Assembly (NCBI GenBank): GCA_000934665.2
Contig: KZ537997.1
Span: forward strand, 62,001 to 126,000
Length of the DNA stretch: 64,000 bases
Source of the DNA: Catajapyx aquilonaris
Lineage: Eukaryota
Reading direction: 5' to 3'
Both the position numbers and the translations under genes were made by a program. Positions within the stretch are counted from its first letter, which is position 1, and each line of letters starts with the position of its first letter. Below, in pieces: positions 42,129 through 55,300 of this stretch. Below the pieces are notes generated by a model. The model did not search any database and was not told the DNA's origin. It saw nothing but the letters and a program-made list of their open reading frames with translations.

Positions 42129-43398
42129 TCAAGGCAAAGTCTTGAAGCATCTTAAGACAATATCCTCAACGCCCATGGCCACAACGCACACCATGACCAG
42201 CATTGCTCCCAGTATGCTCGTCCAGTCTGGTATCTCTCCGAACACCGCCACCTGAATGACGTAGGCCAGAACAATGTCCATTGACCTGGTCACCGCTACT
42301 CTGCCAGCGCCTTCCAAAGCCAGCGCCTTTGCCACCAAAACCTGTTAATTAAACAACAGTTAATTACCTCTAATATGTTTGCACTAGTAAGAGCATGTGA
42401 CTTACCTGCCCACTCATTCCAAAGATGGACATGATTATTACAAGGACCCAGTCAGTAGTGTTGGTAGGGATGGAGTAATGGCCCAAAATGACCACCAGTG
42501 CACCGCTGATGACCAACGACCAGAAGGAGAATTGAAACACTACGACGGAATAGTGCACTTCCTTGCACTTCCTCATGATGACTATGTTGATAGCAGTGAA
42601 GACTGTTCCCAGCAGGGCAGCTACATATCCCAGGATTTGATGGTGGTGATGTTCCGATCCATGGTGGTCTCCTGGTTTTGTCGGGGCAGCTTGAGAGGGG
42701 GCATTGGGCATGTCAGGAAACAGGAAAGGTGGCTTGGAGATGAGGACCACACCGCTGACCAGAAGGCAGACGATTGCTGTCCTGTAGAATCCACAAGGTT
42801 CCCTCAACCAGAGATGAGACATTACCATGACGAAGACTGGTGAGCTGAAGATGATGGTGGCAGCGTCTCCTAGAGGAAGAGTTCTGAAGGCGTAGAACAT
42901 CAACGCCAGGGTAGTTCCTCCAACCAGACCCTGCCCAAGTAGAAGCAGTCGATGTCCATGAGGACCCAACAAGTTCTCCCTTCTGTACAACGCAATGGGC
43001 AGGAGACATGCCACTTGGAACAGTGATCTGATGGCCAGAAGCTCCATTGGGTTGATGTTTGTCAGGTACTTGACGGATCCGGAGCATAGGGTGAAGAACA
43101 CACCTGAGCAGAAGGCCAGAAAAATTCCTGTCCAGTTGGCTCCAGTGCTTTCCTCGTCGATTTGTCCTTTGACCACTACCACCCGCGGTACCCCCCTCGA
43201 TCCATCAGGAGACACCCAGGTTGGCTGAATTGCATCGTAACTCTTCCCAGGAGGAGGTGCACTACTGCCACCCAACAGACCTGTCGATTCTGCTTGCTTA
43301 CTGCCATTATTTTTGTCTTCATCTACATGAATTGACACCAACTGATCCTTATCACTCTTGCTTCCAGAACGTAGTGTAATAATTTCTGGAAGACGCAT
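42129..43398 (-). CDS. SLC35G1: Solute carrier family 35 member G (EamA/DMT) transporter, 2 coding exons
   Basis: Exons 43398-42406 and 42341-42129. About 10 TM segments; LPLGDAATIIFSSPVFV, LISKPPFLF, KALALEGAGRVAVTRSMDIVLAY, SILGAMLV. Confidence 0.85.
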
Positions 43399-43400
43399 GT

Positions 43401-43700
43401 TTAGGCTTGTGTTGTCTTTTCTGATTCTATGGCGTCGTCGTCTGTAATTTCGTCTTCTTCACCAACTGGATTCAGAGCCTCTGCAGGAGCCTCTGAAGTT
43501 GAGAGTCTCAAAGGTATGGTGTCTGAAGAAGTAGTGTCTGCAAACAATAAAGCACGTTTATAGCAACTAATAACTGATAGTGACATATATCACTTACCTC
43601 GATTAGTATCAGCACTAAGCAGGGTCTTGTCCTCTGGTACAACTTCAACGAGCTTCTTTCGTGAAACTTGAGATCTTCGGGAAGAAAAAATAGTTCCCAT
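43401..43700 (-). CDS. Spliced upstream ORF, 79-aa putative N-myristoylated microprotein
   Basis: Exon 43700-43598 (tccATGg; donor cgag|gtaagt) plus exon 43537-43401 (acceptor tttgcag) gives MGTIFSSRRSQVSRKKLVEVVPEDKTLLSADTNRDTTSSDTIPLRLSTSEAPAEALNPVGEEDEITDDDAIESEKTTQA*. The stop lies 2 nt before the SLC35G ATG. Confidence 0.6.
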
Positions 43701-46013
43701 GGACTGTTAGCACATGAATCTATGTGCAAAATGGACTAGTGCGAAGGATCGTCCCACTTATATGCTGTTGGTCAAATATTAATCCCCTTTATAGTGCTTT
43801 ATGATCACGTATCTACATCTGGTTGTTGCAATACCACCTCTAAATCCTCTTAGACAAATGCGATCATCCGGTACATCGCCCGCCGGGATAATAATCCATA
43901 TGTTGGCAGATTCACCTTTACCTGTGGACATGGGGGACTTGCTCTTGCAATCTAACGAGAGGTCAACGGAATATTGTCAACTTGCTCAATCTTCTTTTCG
44001 ATGCATCATGCACAAGTTACCTGTGCATTTGTAAATTCGGATATCCTGTTGCAATAATTTGTCCAAATTTGTAGCAAATAATACAAAATAACAGTGAAAA
44101 TATGCCCTGATTGATTGGACATTCAATCGCATCTGGGTAATTATTTACATGTATTGCAAATATTAATTGAAATTCAGCCCGAACAAAATATTACACCATG
44201 CCTTACATAATGATGACGGTATTGAAAGGTAATGTAAAAGATTATCCTACCAGAATATTGTTTATGCGTTTTACTGAATGTTGGTCTACTTATGCAAGAT
44301 TAGCGAGGAGGGATAAAGTTGTGTGGTGGAAGGTCACTTAAATCTTTATTATACATCGCACGTTTTATAAGACTCACCTTGTCGTGTACCTAAGGTCAAT
44401 TTTTTTACACTCTCAGACAAATTTCATGGCTCTAAGGCACATGTACTGAGGACTGATTCCTAAGACATCTTAACGGGTCAAGGACACACTTTAATTTTTC
44501 CACGACCAGAAGAAAACTCGGAGGTCACCCATATTATGATACTCGCCTGTATAAACCAGTTTGGCTGGTTCTGTTTATTTTGGTACTATGAAGCAAAAAA
44601 AATTTCAAGTTCAAGGTTTGAGAGCTACCTAAAATACCTGAATGCTTGTTATGTAACATATACATGTTACACACCATCGCGGAGTATACCGATAAAATAT
44701 TATTCGGTGCAAGTCATTATTAATATCGTGTTCTAAAATATCGAAAACTTACACATGGTAAAGCTAATGTGCCCCAGAAAATAATGAAATTTATTAGTGT
44801 GTGCGCATAATTTCTGCACTTAAATGTCAATTATGGAATTAAGAAATGAAACAACATGCTCTCCTGGTGACATCAGATAGAAAGAACATTGACTCGGTGA
44901 CATATCTACAACCGTGCATCTGATATGCTCCTGGTTCATATGAGGTTATAGATGTGCAGTCATCAACCGCACCAGATGGCAATTTGACATATGTGCCTTT
45001 GTAATTTCTCTTTAATATAATGGGGTAAATGACTCGCAAAGTTGTTATGGTTTAAACTTCAGGCTCGTGTTAGATTAATGGCTTTAATAATGCGGTCTGG
45101 CGATAACCCTACGCCCCCTGAGATAATAACAGCTATGGGATATTCACCATTAACTTACGATATTATTAAAAATTATTGCTTTCAGAATAAACCGCTTTTA
45201 TCTTTATCGACATGTTCAGCCACGATGGAATGTACCGGTCACTTCACACCGGATACTTCACAGAAACTCTTTGTTCTTGATAAAGATATTTAACTTCCGT
45301 CAGAATCGAAGGCCATTATGCAGACATGCATCAGGGACAAAAGAGATTATTTCCTAACTGTTGCAAGCAAGTTACAAGGGTGATGGTGACATCAATAATA
45401 GCAACAGTCGGTGGTCTTATTGTCCGGTATTCTCAGGTTTGTGTGATGACGGTTGCAGAGTCATCAGGGGCCATTTCCTCCTACTCTTCTGAAGCAACAA
45501 TCTGACTATTGGTGTTACGTCACAAAGTCGGCCCATATGAAGAGCCAAAACATATTTTGCATACAAGTTAGCTATACATTAGCTAATATTTTGGACAACT
45601 TCGAAAAGTAATTTTTCGAAAGCAACTGTATTATAACAAGCAATTAGCGTGAAAAATATATATACAAAATGGGCATTAAAATTACAGTAATTTGAAAAGT
45701 AATGGATACGGTCACAAATACGGTAGTGATGATTTGACCGATTGTGGAACTACGCGCAATTCTCATCGCTGTTTTTTGTAATATCGACACAAGTATTATT
45801 TTCATCGTCATAATTTTCTCCCCCACATGGCTTGATACCAGATGCTTCAAGTTGTTATCGTGTCTTCGTGAAGCACATTTTGCCCACATATTTGGACTCA
45901 CAGGTACTAGTGTAAGGGTATGAAGTGGTATAACACCCATACAACGTTGTGTGTTCTAGCTGCAGTGGTGTAAGCACATTGCACATTGTTTTACAACGAT
46001 ACACTTATGAACC

Positions 46014-47713
46014 ATGGCTGCAGACTTGAAGGACATGTTACCCTTCCTCAGTGAAGACTCCAGACCAGAGGTGAAGCACATAGCTGCACAGTACATTCTA
46101 GGTGAGACTACCGACTACCGAGTTGCCGTGTACTGTACAGTACCCGTAATACGTATTTCTTAAAATTTTTACAGGTTTAACAGCTGCACCAGAGGGATTG
46201 CAACTACTAGGAGATAATGACATTATTAAACACCTCACGAAATGCCTGCAAGTAGAGGTTAAGACAGAAATAGGGAAAAAGATTTGTGACGCTGTCATTA
46301 ACCTGTCTTCTGACGACAATGTGGCCTCTAAAATTGTATCAGAAGATGAAACGTTTGTGCCGTTTCTGATTGGATGCACCGTGGATTCCAGTTTCGAGAT
46401 GAGCGAGCGTGCCTCCATGCTGCTGGCCAATATCACCAGACAGCCTGATTTGTGCCGTGTTGTGTTTGAATCTATTCAAGCCACTTCACAGAAGCTGGAT
46501 GGACTTGTGTCCGTCCTCGGTCAAGGAAAATCAGTACCTCAACATATCGGATCCATTTTGGCCAACCTGACCCAGATGCATGAAGCACGACAGTATGTTG
46601 CAACTGGGTTTTTTTTTTTTGCATAATACTGTATGCATTTCAGAAAAGGCATTATCCGCAATGGATGTGTCAGTGGAAGTGTTGCGGAAATTGATGGGCA
46701 TATACTCGTAGACTTCATTTTGTACTGCAGAGGGATGTTTTAAAAGGGAAAGACCTAAAATATGGCGATTACATGGGTGTAACTGCCACTTCAAAAATAT
46801 TTTTACATATGATTATGTCACTATTCAAAACAAGAATGATAATAATTTTTATCAGCTGTAAAAACATTGATAATAATCTTAAGTGAATATGTTGTAAGTT
46901 AGCTTTGAATATTGCTACTGTCTCATTATGTTTGAAAAATTTCAGGTACATTCTGGACAAGGATAAGGGTCTTATTTTGAAATTACTTCCTGTCATAAGG
47001 CTGAGTGACTCTGAAATCAATCGTAGAGCAGTTGCAGCTTCCATAAGGAACTGCTGCTTTGAAACAGGTTAGGTAACCAGTCAAATGTTTAAGTGGTAAG
47101 TACTTGTCAATAGTACACTGTATGTGGATTTTATTACTGCAGGATATCATGAGTGGCTGCTTGGTGAAGATGTGGATATATTACCTGCTTTGTTGCTTCC
47201 ATTGGCTGGGCCAGAAGAATTTACAGATGAAGAGATGGACAAACTGCCATTAGACCTTCAGTATCTTGGCGAAGATAAGCTTCGAGAACCAAACCCAGAA
47301 GTACGCTGCCTGCTTCTGGAAGCTCTCACTCAGGTTAAGACCATTTCCAGTGGCCATTAACTTGCTGTAATAAGGCTATGGTTAACTGCTGAATTGTTGT
47401 AGCTCTGCAGTACAAGGAAGTGCCGTGAAGTAATGAGAGAGAAAAATGTGTATGTTATCCTGAGGGAATTGCACAAGTGGGACAGAGATAGTTCCACCTT
47501 AACAGCTTGTGAAAACTTGGTTGACATTTTGATCAGGTAGGATCTGAAAACAGAGGTTTCAAAGACGTACATTAGTGTTGCAATATACTCAATATATGTT
47601 TTTTTTTTCTCTCTCTATCTAGAACGGAAGATGAAATTGGACATGACAATCTTAAAGACTTGAACATTCCAGATGATGTGACAAAGAAATTAGAATCTTT
47701 GACAACACAATAA
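46014..47713 (+). CDS. HGH1: Protein HGH1 homolog (FAM203, eEF2 chaperone), 6 exons
   Basis: Exons 46014-46101, 46175-46592, 46946-47067, 47143-47333, 47403-47536, 47623-47713. Motifs MLLANIT, IRNCCF, HEWLL, ILPALLLPLAGPEEF..EEMDKLPLDLQYL..DKLREP, VYVILRELHKW. Confidence 0.93.
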
Positions 47714-48387
47714 AACTGACTGAATTGAACAGAGAAAGCATATCATCTGCTTGAACCAGCCCTGAGGTAATAAAGTTACTTGACTTTTTATGTGTGTTTC
47801 ATTAATTTTGCTTTTTTTAAGGGAAGCACATGCTCATTATCATAAATGTAGTACAGTACCATATTTGGGTTACTTTCATATGAAATGGCTGTACATTTTT
47901 CATTTTAATCCTTTACGTAGAGTTAAATCATTTTACCTTGAACGACAGGTCGATAGCTGATTTAAAAAGTGGGGTTTTGTGTACATCTTACCTGTGAAAA
48001 GCAAGTCATTTCTTTGAGCTGTAAATTGAAGAACATACCACATTTTAAAATCCTCTTCCCCCATAAGCACCAGCCATCAAGAATAGTTGCTTATCACTTG
48101 GCAAATATAATAAAATGTGCTGACCTTAACCAGTCAACAAGGTGGCAAGAGTGTTGTGGTATGTTGGCACTGCACTTGTCAACCCCCTTCTTGCCCTTCC
48201 AACCCTTCGAACTAAATTACGGGCTGCCTTAGCTGCAGAAAAACTATAGTTGATGCCCCTCCACCAGCAGGAAAGATTCGTTTGAAAAACAAGTGGGGCC
48301 TACTGTAACTGTCTTGGTTTTAGAGACTTGATAATGTAGGGTTTAGACTTATACATAATGTAAAATATGCATTGTACTACTCTGGTA

Positions 48388-48670
48388 CCGGATCTGGTGG
48401 ACTGGTGGTTAGCGTGTTCGCCTCTGGTCCCGAAGTTGTGGGTTCGAACCCGGCCGAGGTCGATGACTTTTCTCCAGGTGGTAGAAAAGTGAGAGTGCGC
48501 CTTCCTTCCGAGGGGAAGTAAAGCCATCGGTCCCGTGTGCTTGTGACATTGCATGAGTGCACGTTAAAGATTCCCAGAGTGGCCAAATTTCCAGGAGGAG
48601 GACCACTCCCTGGCGTCGGTGTTGGGCCTTGAGGCAGAATTGGGCCGAAGTTAGGCCCCACTGATGAAGA
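48388..48670 (+). mobile_element. tRNA-derived SINE, family A copy 2, with perfect 15-bp TSD
   Basis: TSD tgtactactctggta at 48373-48387 and 48671-48685; A/B boxes; tail ctgatgaaga. Confidence 0.92.
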
Positions 48671-49505
48671 TGTACTACTCTGGTATGTGAACCATTGCAG
48701 AGGAAAATGAAAGGAGAAAATTTACTGGTGCAATTGATTTATTTTGTAAGCCTCACATTGGTATCACATAAAATATTCTAAACATTTGAGAGCGTTGTAT
48801 TTATGTTATTGAGAATACCGATAATTTCAAAGGAAAAAAGAAAATCACGAAAACCTCATGTTATGCTGGCTGGTTCCCCTGGGTTGTACTGGTCCCCTGG
48901 TCATCCCAGTTTGATACCAGCATGCTGTTCTATGGGGGTCATACAGTATGAGTCACCATTGGTCTATCACAATCTCTTCTTTCCCAAAAATGAGGTTATG
49001 TAACATGAAGGGGGCCAAGTATTTGTTTATTGTCATTAGACAGTGTGGAATTAGAGGTTAGTGTCCATATAAAGCTTTGTGTTCTGAGGTTTTGTCAAAT
49101 TTCTCTAACATGAATCATACACAATTTGAAGATTTTTTTGGTCCCTTAGAGGTTTGAGCTGTATACGTTACTCAGCTATTTTGTAAATATTTAAGGCATT
49201 TTAATAGCCAGCCTTTCTGCTGCTTTTTGGGAACTCAATATCAGTTACAGTACTGGTGTTCCTCTGAGAATGTCTCAGTAAATACCGACATATTTAAAAT
49301 CATTAAGAATTTATGGAATATTGCAGAATGCATAGCCTACATAAGGAAAAAAGCAAGTCAGCATTTTTGGCAGTACACTATCAGACAACATGTGCAGTTG
49401 AATATCAGTGCAATGGCATCAGAAATTTCGAAAGTAATAAGAGTTAGTAGAAATGTTGAAGAGTGATCACTTGTGCACTGAGCTTAATTAATATTGAGCA
49501 CTGGT

Positions 49506-52393
49506 TCACGGTAAATATCCAAGTGAAATTTCCATGTTGCTTCCTGAGTAGAGGGCAGGAGCATCTTTCTTGTTCTTGTTGTTGATGGCCTTAGCAACAC
49601 CCAATATATCAGTAGTTTGCTTAAGAGGAATTCCAGTGAAAAGAGCGGCTATCTCTGCGGTCTTCTTCACTGACAAGACATTGTTGGTGTCAGCTGATAA
49701 TCTCTTGGGTGGAAGTCCAGAGGCACCTTTGAGCAGCACCTGGCCCACGGATCCCTGGATATGAATGAGAATATACAGGGTGTTCATGAATTCATCTTGC
49801 CAAATTGATATGGGTGGTAGCTGGTGCCTTTGATACGTTTTATTTATTTATCTATTTTAGCCTGCTTTTGTAAAAATTAAAGTGTACTTAACCATTAAAC
49901 AGGATGCTCCTTTGAATATACGCTCGTACTTGTGAAATTAATGAATATTAAATAATTTAAAAGCATAAGAAATTTATACCTTGATCTGTTGAGAAGTAGC
50001 ATAGTGATTCCCTTCCTTTGTAGTGGTTAGTAGCCTCCCTTGAGCCTCTTCCGGACCACCCCATTTCCACCCAGAACTGGATGATTCAGACTCGTCGGAT
50101 GCTGATGCTTCTGAAGCATCTGAGCCCAAATCAATGCGGTAGACATGAAGACCGTCTGGTTTGACCCTTTGCAGTGAACAGTAACACTTGTCACTGGTAG
50201 CGCAATTATCCTCATCTAATCCACATGGAAGAGCTGCGGGATGGCGATACTTGTGATTGATGTGGTGATGGTGTGCACTGCCACATGATGAAGAATCAGA
50301 GGGTGTTGGGATGGATGTGCTGTCTTCGTCCAGAATGAGTGGTGGTGGAGGTGGAAGTGGCGGAGGCGGAGGCGGTGGTTGAAATGTTGGTGGTGGTGGT
50401 AGAGGAAGGGGTGTAGGTAGGTTTGGTTCTTCTGTTTTTCCTGGCTTAGTTCCCTTTGATTTGCCCTTGATAAGGACTGAAGCACCCCTCTTGGTAGCTC
50501 TCAGAACATTAGCCAAAGTTCTTCCTTCTGGATGATGGCCATGGTTTCCACCCTCTAGCAGAGATAACATGCTGGAACTCTTGTTTCCTTTGGCTTGCTG
50601 TTGCAGTTTCATAATGTTCTTGCTACGTCGAAACATTTCATCTTGGCTGAGGGTTAGGGCAACCCGGAAGAGAAGAGCTTTGTGGACTGGCTTCAGCTCA
50701 TTGAAACTCATCCCTTCAACTCGAACTACCTGACGCAATATAGAATCTACATCTCCCAAGCCTTCTTCTTCCATTTCCTCCAGGAGCTCCTGCAAATGTT
50801 TTAATATTGAATTAAATTTTCTGCAGCATAATGTGTCTTATCTTCTGGAATTGTTGAAAAGTCAAATGAACCATCTTTCAGAATAACCCAGTATGGCCAT
50901 AATCTATCGAGAGTAAATTGTGCCCGACACTGACCTGAAGATCAGCTCTTTGTGCCAAAGCCATGAATCCTTGATGTCCTCTAGGAAACGCAACCCTTGT
51001 GTAAATGTCCCCACTTTCGCGCTGTTGCTGATGGCTAGATGCCGAAGACAATGGTGACGTGTGATCCATCATCTGCCTCTCAGACACACATCTTCTGATT
51101 GCCCTGCCACCACCGTCAGAAAACACGTCGTCGTCAAAGTCGTCATCAGGCCCTCCCAGAACTTCAGCCGAAATGGACCTCTGTAGCATGGTACCCATGG
51201 ATGTGTCCGGCTGCGACCGCGTTGAGGAACACGACCTCTTCCTTCGTGGAGGCCTCACTGGAGCTACATCTTCCTTCCTCTGCCTTGGATGATGTCCCCC
51301 TGAAGGAACAGGCGAAATAGTGCTGTATGCACTGTCCTGCGCAGGCGGGACAGCTGCGGCAACATCAGCAGCGTTGACGAGGGCTTGGTACAGCCTTGCC
51401 GCCAGCAACAATGCATGATGAGAGCTACGGCAGGCGAAGGCATGACACTCCAGCAATCGAGACACTCCCTGACGACGCATGACGCAGGCGAATAGTGGCG
51501 GATGTGGATGGGACAGAAGAAGTCGAGCATCTGCCGGACCCACTGGCCGGAAGAGGCTGGCTTTGTCGCGACTGGATGGGTCGGCGACCAGAGGTAAAAA
51601 TGCGGTACGGAGGTATGTCAGCTGACCATCTCTAGTGTCGCCGGCACCATCACGGGGACCCCCAGAGGCCTCACGTATGACGGAAAGCTGCACCGCTGCC
51701 CATACTGCGATGGTTGGGAAAGGGTTGAACGAGAAGCACTCGGTGTCGCAGCTGACCACTCGGAGACCTTCCTCAAGTACTTCCAGTCTGGTTTCTCCAT
51801 CACCTGTACACACAATAATGGCTTGTAATAATGCAGTACAACATTTCGGACTGTAGTACTGTACCTGTGGTACCTCCGGCTTTGAGCGACTGGAAGTACA
51901 GTGTCCTCAACGGTGCTTGAAGTGCATCCAGTGTGTCAGTCTTTCCCTGGACGGGCAGACAACCTAAGTGACGTACTGGGAACATTTGCACGGACTCCTG
52001 GCTGCTGGCTGTAGTCTTCATGGTGGCTGTCCTTGAAGCTGAAGACGCAATTGAAGGTCTTTCATGTGTAGACAATGTACCATGACGACTTCTGGCTTGC
52101 TGGAAGAGCCTCTGGATCTGCTCTTGGACAACATGCTTGCTCGGAGGACTGTGGCTTGGTGGAGGTGGTAGTGGTGGTGGCAGAGGAGATGTTGATCTAT
52201 CCAAATCGGAATAGATACCCGACTGACCGATGTTCTTGGCCGCAGTGGTCGGTCGGAAGAAGAGACTGTCAATTTTCTCCTTGTAAATAGAGCTGATGTC
52301 TGAACAAACAGAGCAGGAGTCGCAGTCTCGTGACAATGGGAAATGAGCCGCACCGGGACTCGATGACCTTCCTCTTCCTGCGTAACCAACCAT
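49506..52393 (-). CDS. PTB/PID-domain-containing, proline-rich adaptor-like protein
   Basis: Exons ~52393-51865, 51803-50935, 50789-49980, 49754-49506 (start accATGg inferred). PID-like F.VRHLG, IAVWAAV, HPPLFACVMRR, LECHAFAC; poly-Pro tracts; C-terminus MEISLGYLP. Confidence 0.75.
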
Positions 52394-55300
52394 GGTTTGT
52401 GGGTCGGTCACCTATCACTTCTCATACCTGTAATGACCACCAGAAAAATAAACGCTATTGTGCTCAAAGTGACCATTGTTTGTTTAAACCTACGCGTGTG
52501 CGTATAGTGTGACACACACCACACACTAATTACATGCTTTGTATACGCTTTTCTTCCCGGAATTTTCGTGGTCTGTCACATTATCCACATCGCTGCTCCT
52601 TTCTTTGCCCCCTATTTCACTCTTATTTCTAACACATGCTACGTCCATAATTTCATGAGCACACCTTTGTGATTTAAAATGGGTACACTTTCTCGGCTTC
52701 CTCGAATGAACCAAAAATTTTGCGCTCATTTTTTTGGGGGCGTCATTAAGATCTGCAAGGTTGAGCACATGCATGTAATCGTGAATATCACAACTCTCTA
52801 TTAACAAAAGTAGAAGAATCGGGAGTGTGAAGATGGGGCGTCACTATACCACTTTCTCAAGACATAAGTTTGAAACCTTGAGGCTTATCTTTGCGATGTT
52901 ACTCTTCTGCCATGTTTCAAATGATATTAGGCTATGCGTGAAGAAGCTGTCCAGATGGATGGTAACGATAGGAGAGGAACTCAAGACTGTTCCCGTTGTG
53001 TTTCTGCAATTTACCTCGCTTCAATTATTTTTGGGCTTGGAATCCATGTTGGTCTCTATTGTTGTGCATCAATACGTGCTTCCTGTTCTTGAAACGAATG
53101 GAATTTATTCCTTGAAGTGGTTTGAGCAGTGTATTGATTACATCAAAGTTTGAACGCAATATGTATTATTTTCGTCTCTAACTGTACATTGTCCTTGAGA
53201 TAGACTGATTTGATTGCACATTCGGTGTATGAAAATATAATTGCCTGATCACTGCCGCCTCTTTTAAATTGCCTTATAATTACCTGGAGTACGCGTATGT
53301 CAAAACAACTATAATAAGCTTACCTGCTTACTTCACTGTCCACTGCTACCAGAACCCGCTAATTGTCGGAGCAAAGTAAACATCCTTCTAACTGACTTTG
53401 GAATAGACGTACGCGAAACCGTAATGTTAACCTAGGCCCACATGTCGTTTTGCCCACTATGTCCTAAGCCATGCCATCTGGTCAGTCAACCTTCACGGAT
53501 ATTGCTTTCAAATACTGCTAAAGCTAAAGGTGGCATGGTGTAACTATTAATTTGTGTCTGAATGCTGTTAATAATAATAATAACATCAGGCACATTATTC
53601 AATTGTGGTATTTTATTGAAAGTGATATTAGAGGCGGAAATAAATAATATGTAGTAAAATGCTGAAGAGTGAATGACATATGATGAAATGAGAAGCGGAC
53701 ATGGACGATTTTAGTATTCATATGCGAGTTTCCGGAGATACGCTTCTGGAACTTGAAGGGCGGAATAAGAAATGTAGAGTAGTGTTGGGAGAACTTCCTA
53801 TAAAGAACACAAGTCATGCAGTTACAGCAACATGTTATTAATTCAGCCTTATAGTTATCACTTGGAATATCTTATTCCAGGAAAATATTCTACTTTCTCT
53901 ATACAGTCTACACCATGACTATATTAAGGGGTGTGATAGCATTTTCGCAACTAACATTTCCGCTATTGGTTTGGTTCACAAGGAATGTATTTTAACAGAC
54001 CAATCTATATAGCACTCATAAATATTCAGGTAACCTAATTAATAAATCCGGTTGACATAATGCGATGCATCATTAATCTTATCGCGCATATGTTGCCTAA
54101 TACTTTTGTCACTTGCCATTAAATGGCATCTGCACCATTTTTTTAATGTAATAAAGAGGGTAATCTCTAATAGGATCTTGCACCTTTTCGACGCAACAAA
54201 CATGGCCTCAAAAAGATCTACTCGCTTTTTTTATGTGTGCAGCATAGTTGAGAGACCAAGCAACTCTTTTTGAAAACTTTACTTCCTTCCCTGTCGTGGA
54301 GTTAGGAGAATCACGCTAACAAATTAAGTCAAATTGAATAGAGCGTAAAAGAGTGGGTGCGTAGTTTGAAAGTGTTTCCGGATGCTCATGGTGCAGGTCC
54401 GTTCAACAATTCGTAATAGTTATTTTTCAACAATGAAAATTAAATAAGATTTGAGTTCTTCAATATAATTGACAACAGACAAATTACTCTACATTGCTAG
54501 AGATGTAATTGACTTGCTCACCATAGCTATTCAGAAAGTTCTTTTTGGTCACTCCTACAATTATTACGAGTAACAAAGCATTGCTGAGAGCAGGGTAATT
54601 GTTATGCCAGGTAGAGACGTACTGTTCTCTGGCGCATATTCTCGGTTAATGCACTCCACATATACGCAGTAGTCACCAGGACAGTTGAAGTGACATATTG
54701 CTCTACATCTTTTTAGTTTCTTCTTTTACTTTTATAAACTCCAACTTTCTTCTGAAAGTGCAGCAGGAGGTGCCCTGACCTTGATATTTATTATCTTTTT
54801 GTTGTTTTGCTGCAGCATAGTTTTGCCACATTTTTATTTGCTTTTTCTTTTGAGTACTGCACTCATATTTCTATATTAGGTGTGATATAGTAGGTCAAGA
54901 AAACTACTTTTCCGCCTTGAAAGCATTCCTCTGTTAGGCCTACTCCTATTCACATGACTTGGAGTTCCTGATAAGGATTCATTGATTTTTTTTCCTGTGG
55001 GAACACTTTCTCACGACTTGGAATTCAATTAAAAACACTATACACGACGTACTACTAGCGATTAGCGCTTCATTAAATTTACATAACAATTTGAATTTTT
55101 GTACACAACACAGAACAACCGACATTTGGTTAATTACTGTCTCATCATCAGCCTGGGCGCCAAATTATTATCTGAACTACGTATACGTACAAAGTGACAA
55201 CTTCAGTTGAGAACGACTGTGCGACTGGAATACTTTCAGATTAGTTTCTCATGCTATAGGTCAGGTGTTCATGTCCATTTTCTTTCTATGCAAATACATG

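Noticed and set aside
48661..48670. CTGATGA as a hammerhead ribozyme core
   Set aside because: It is the SINE tail; there are no flanking stems or matching GAAA.
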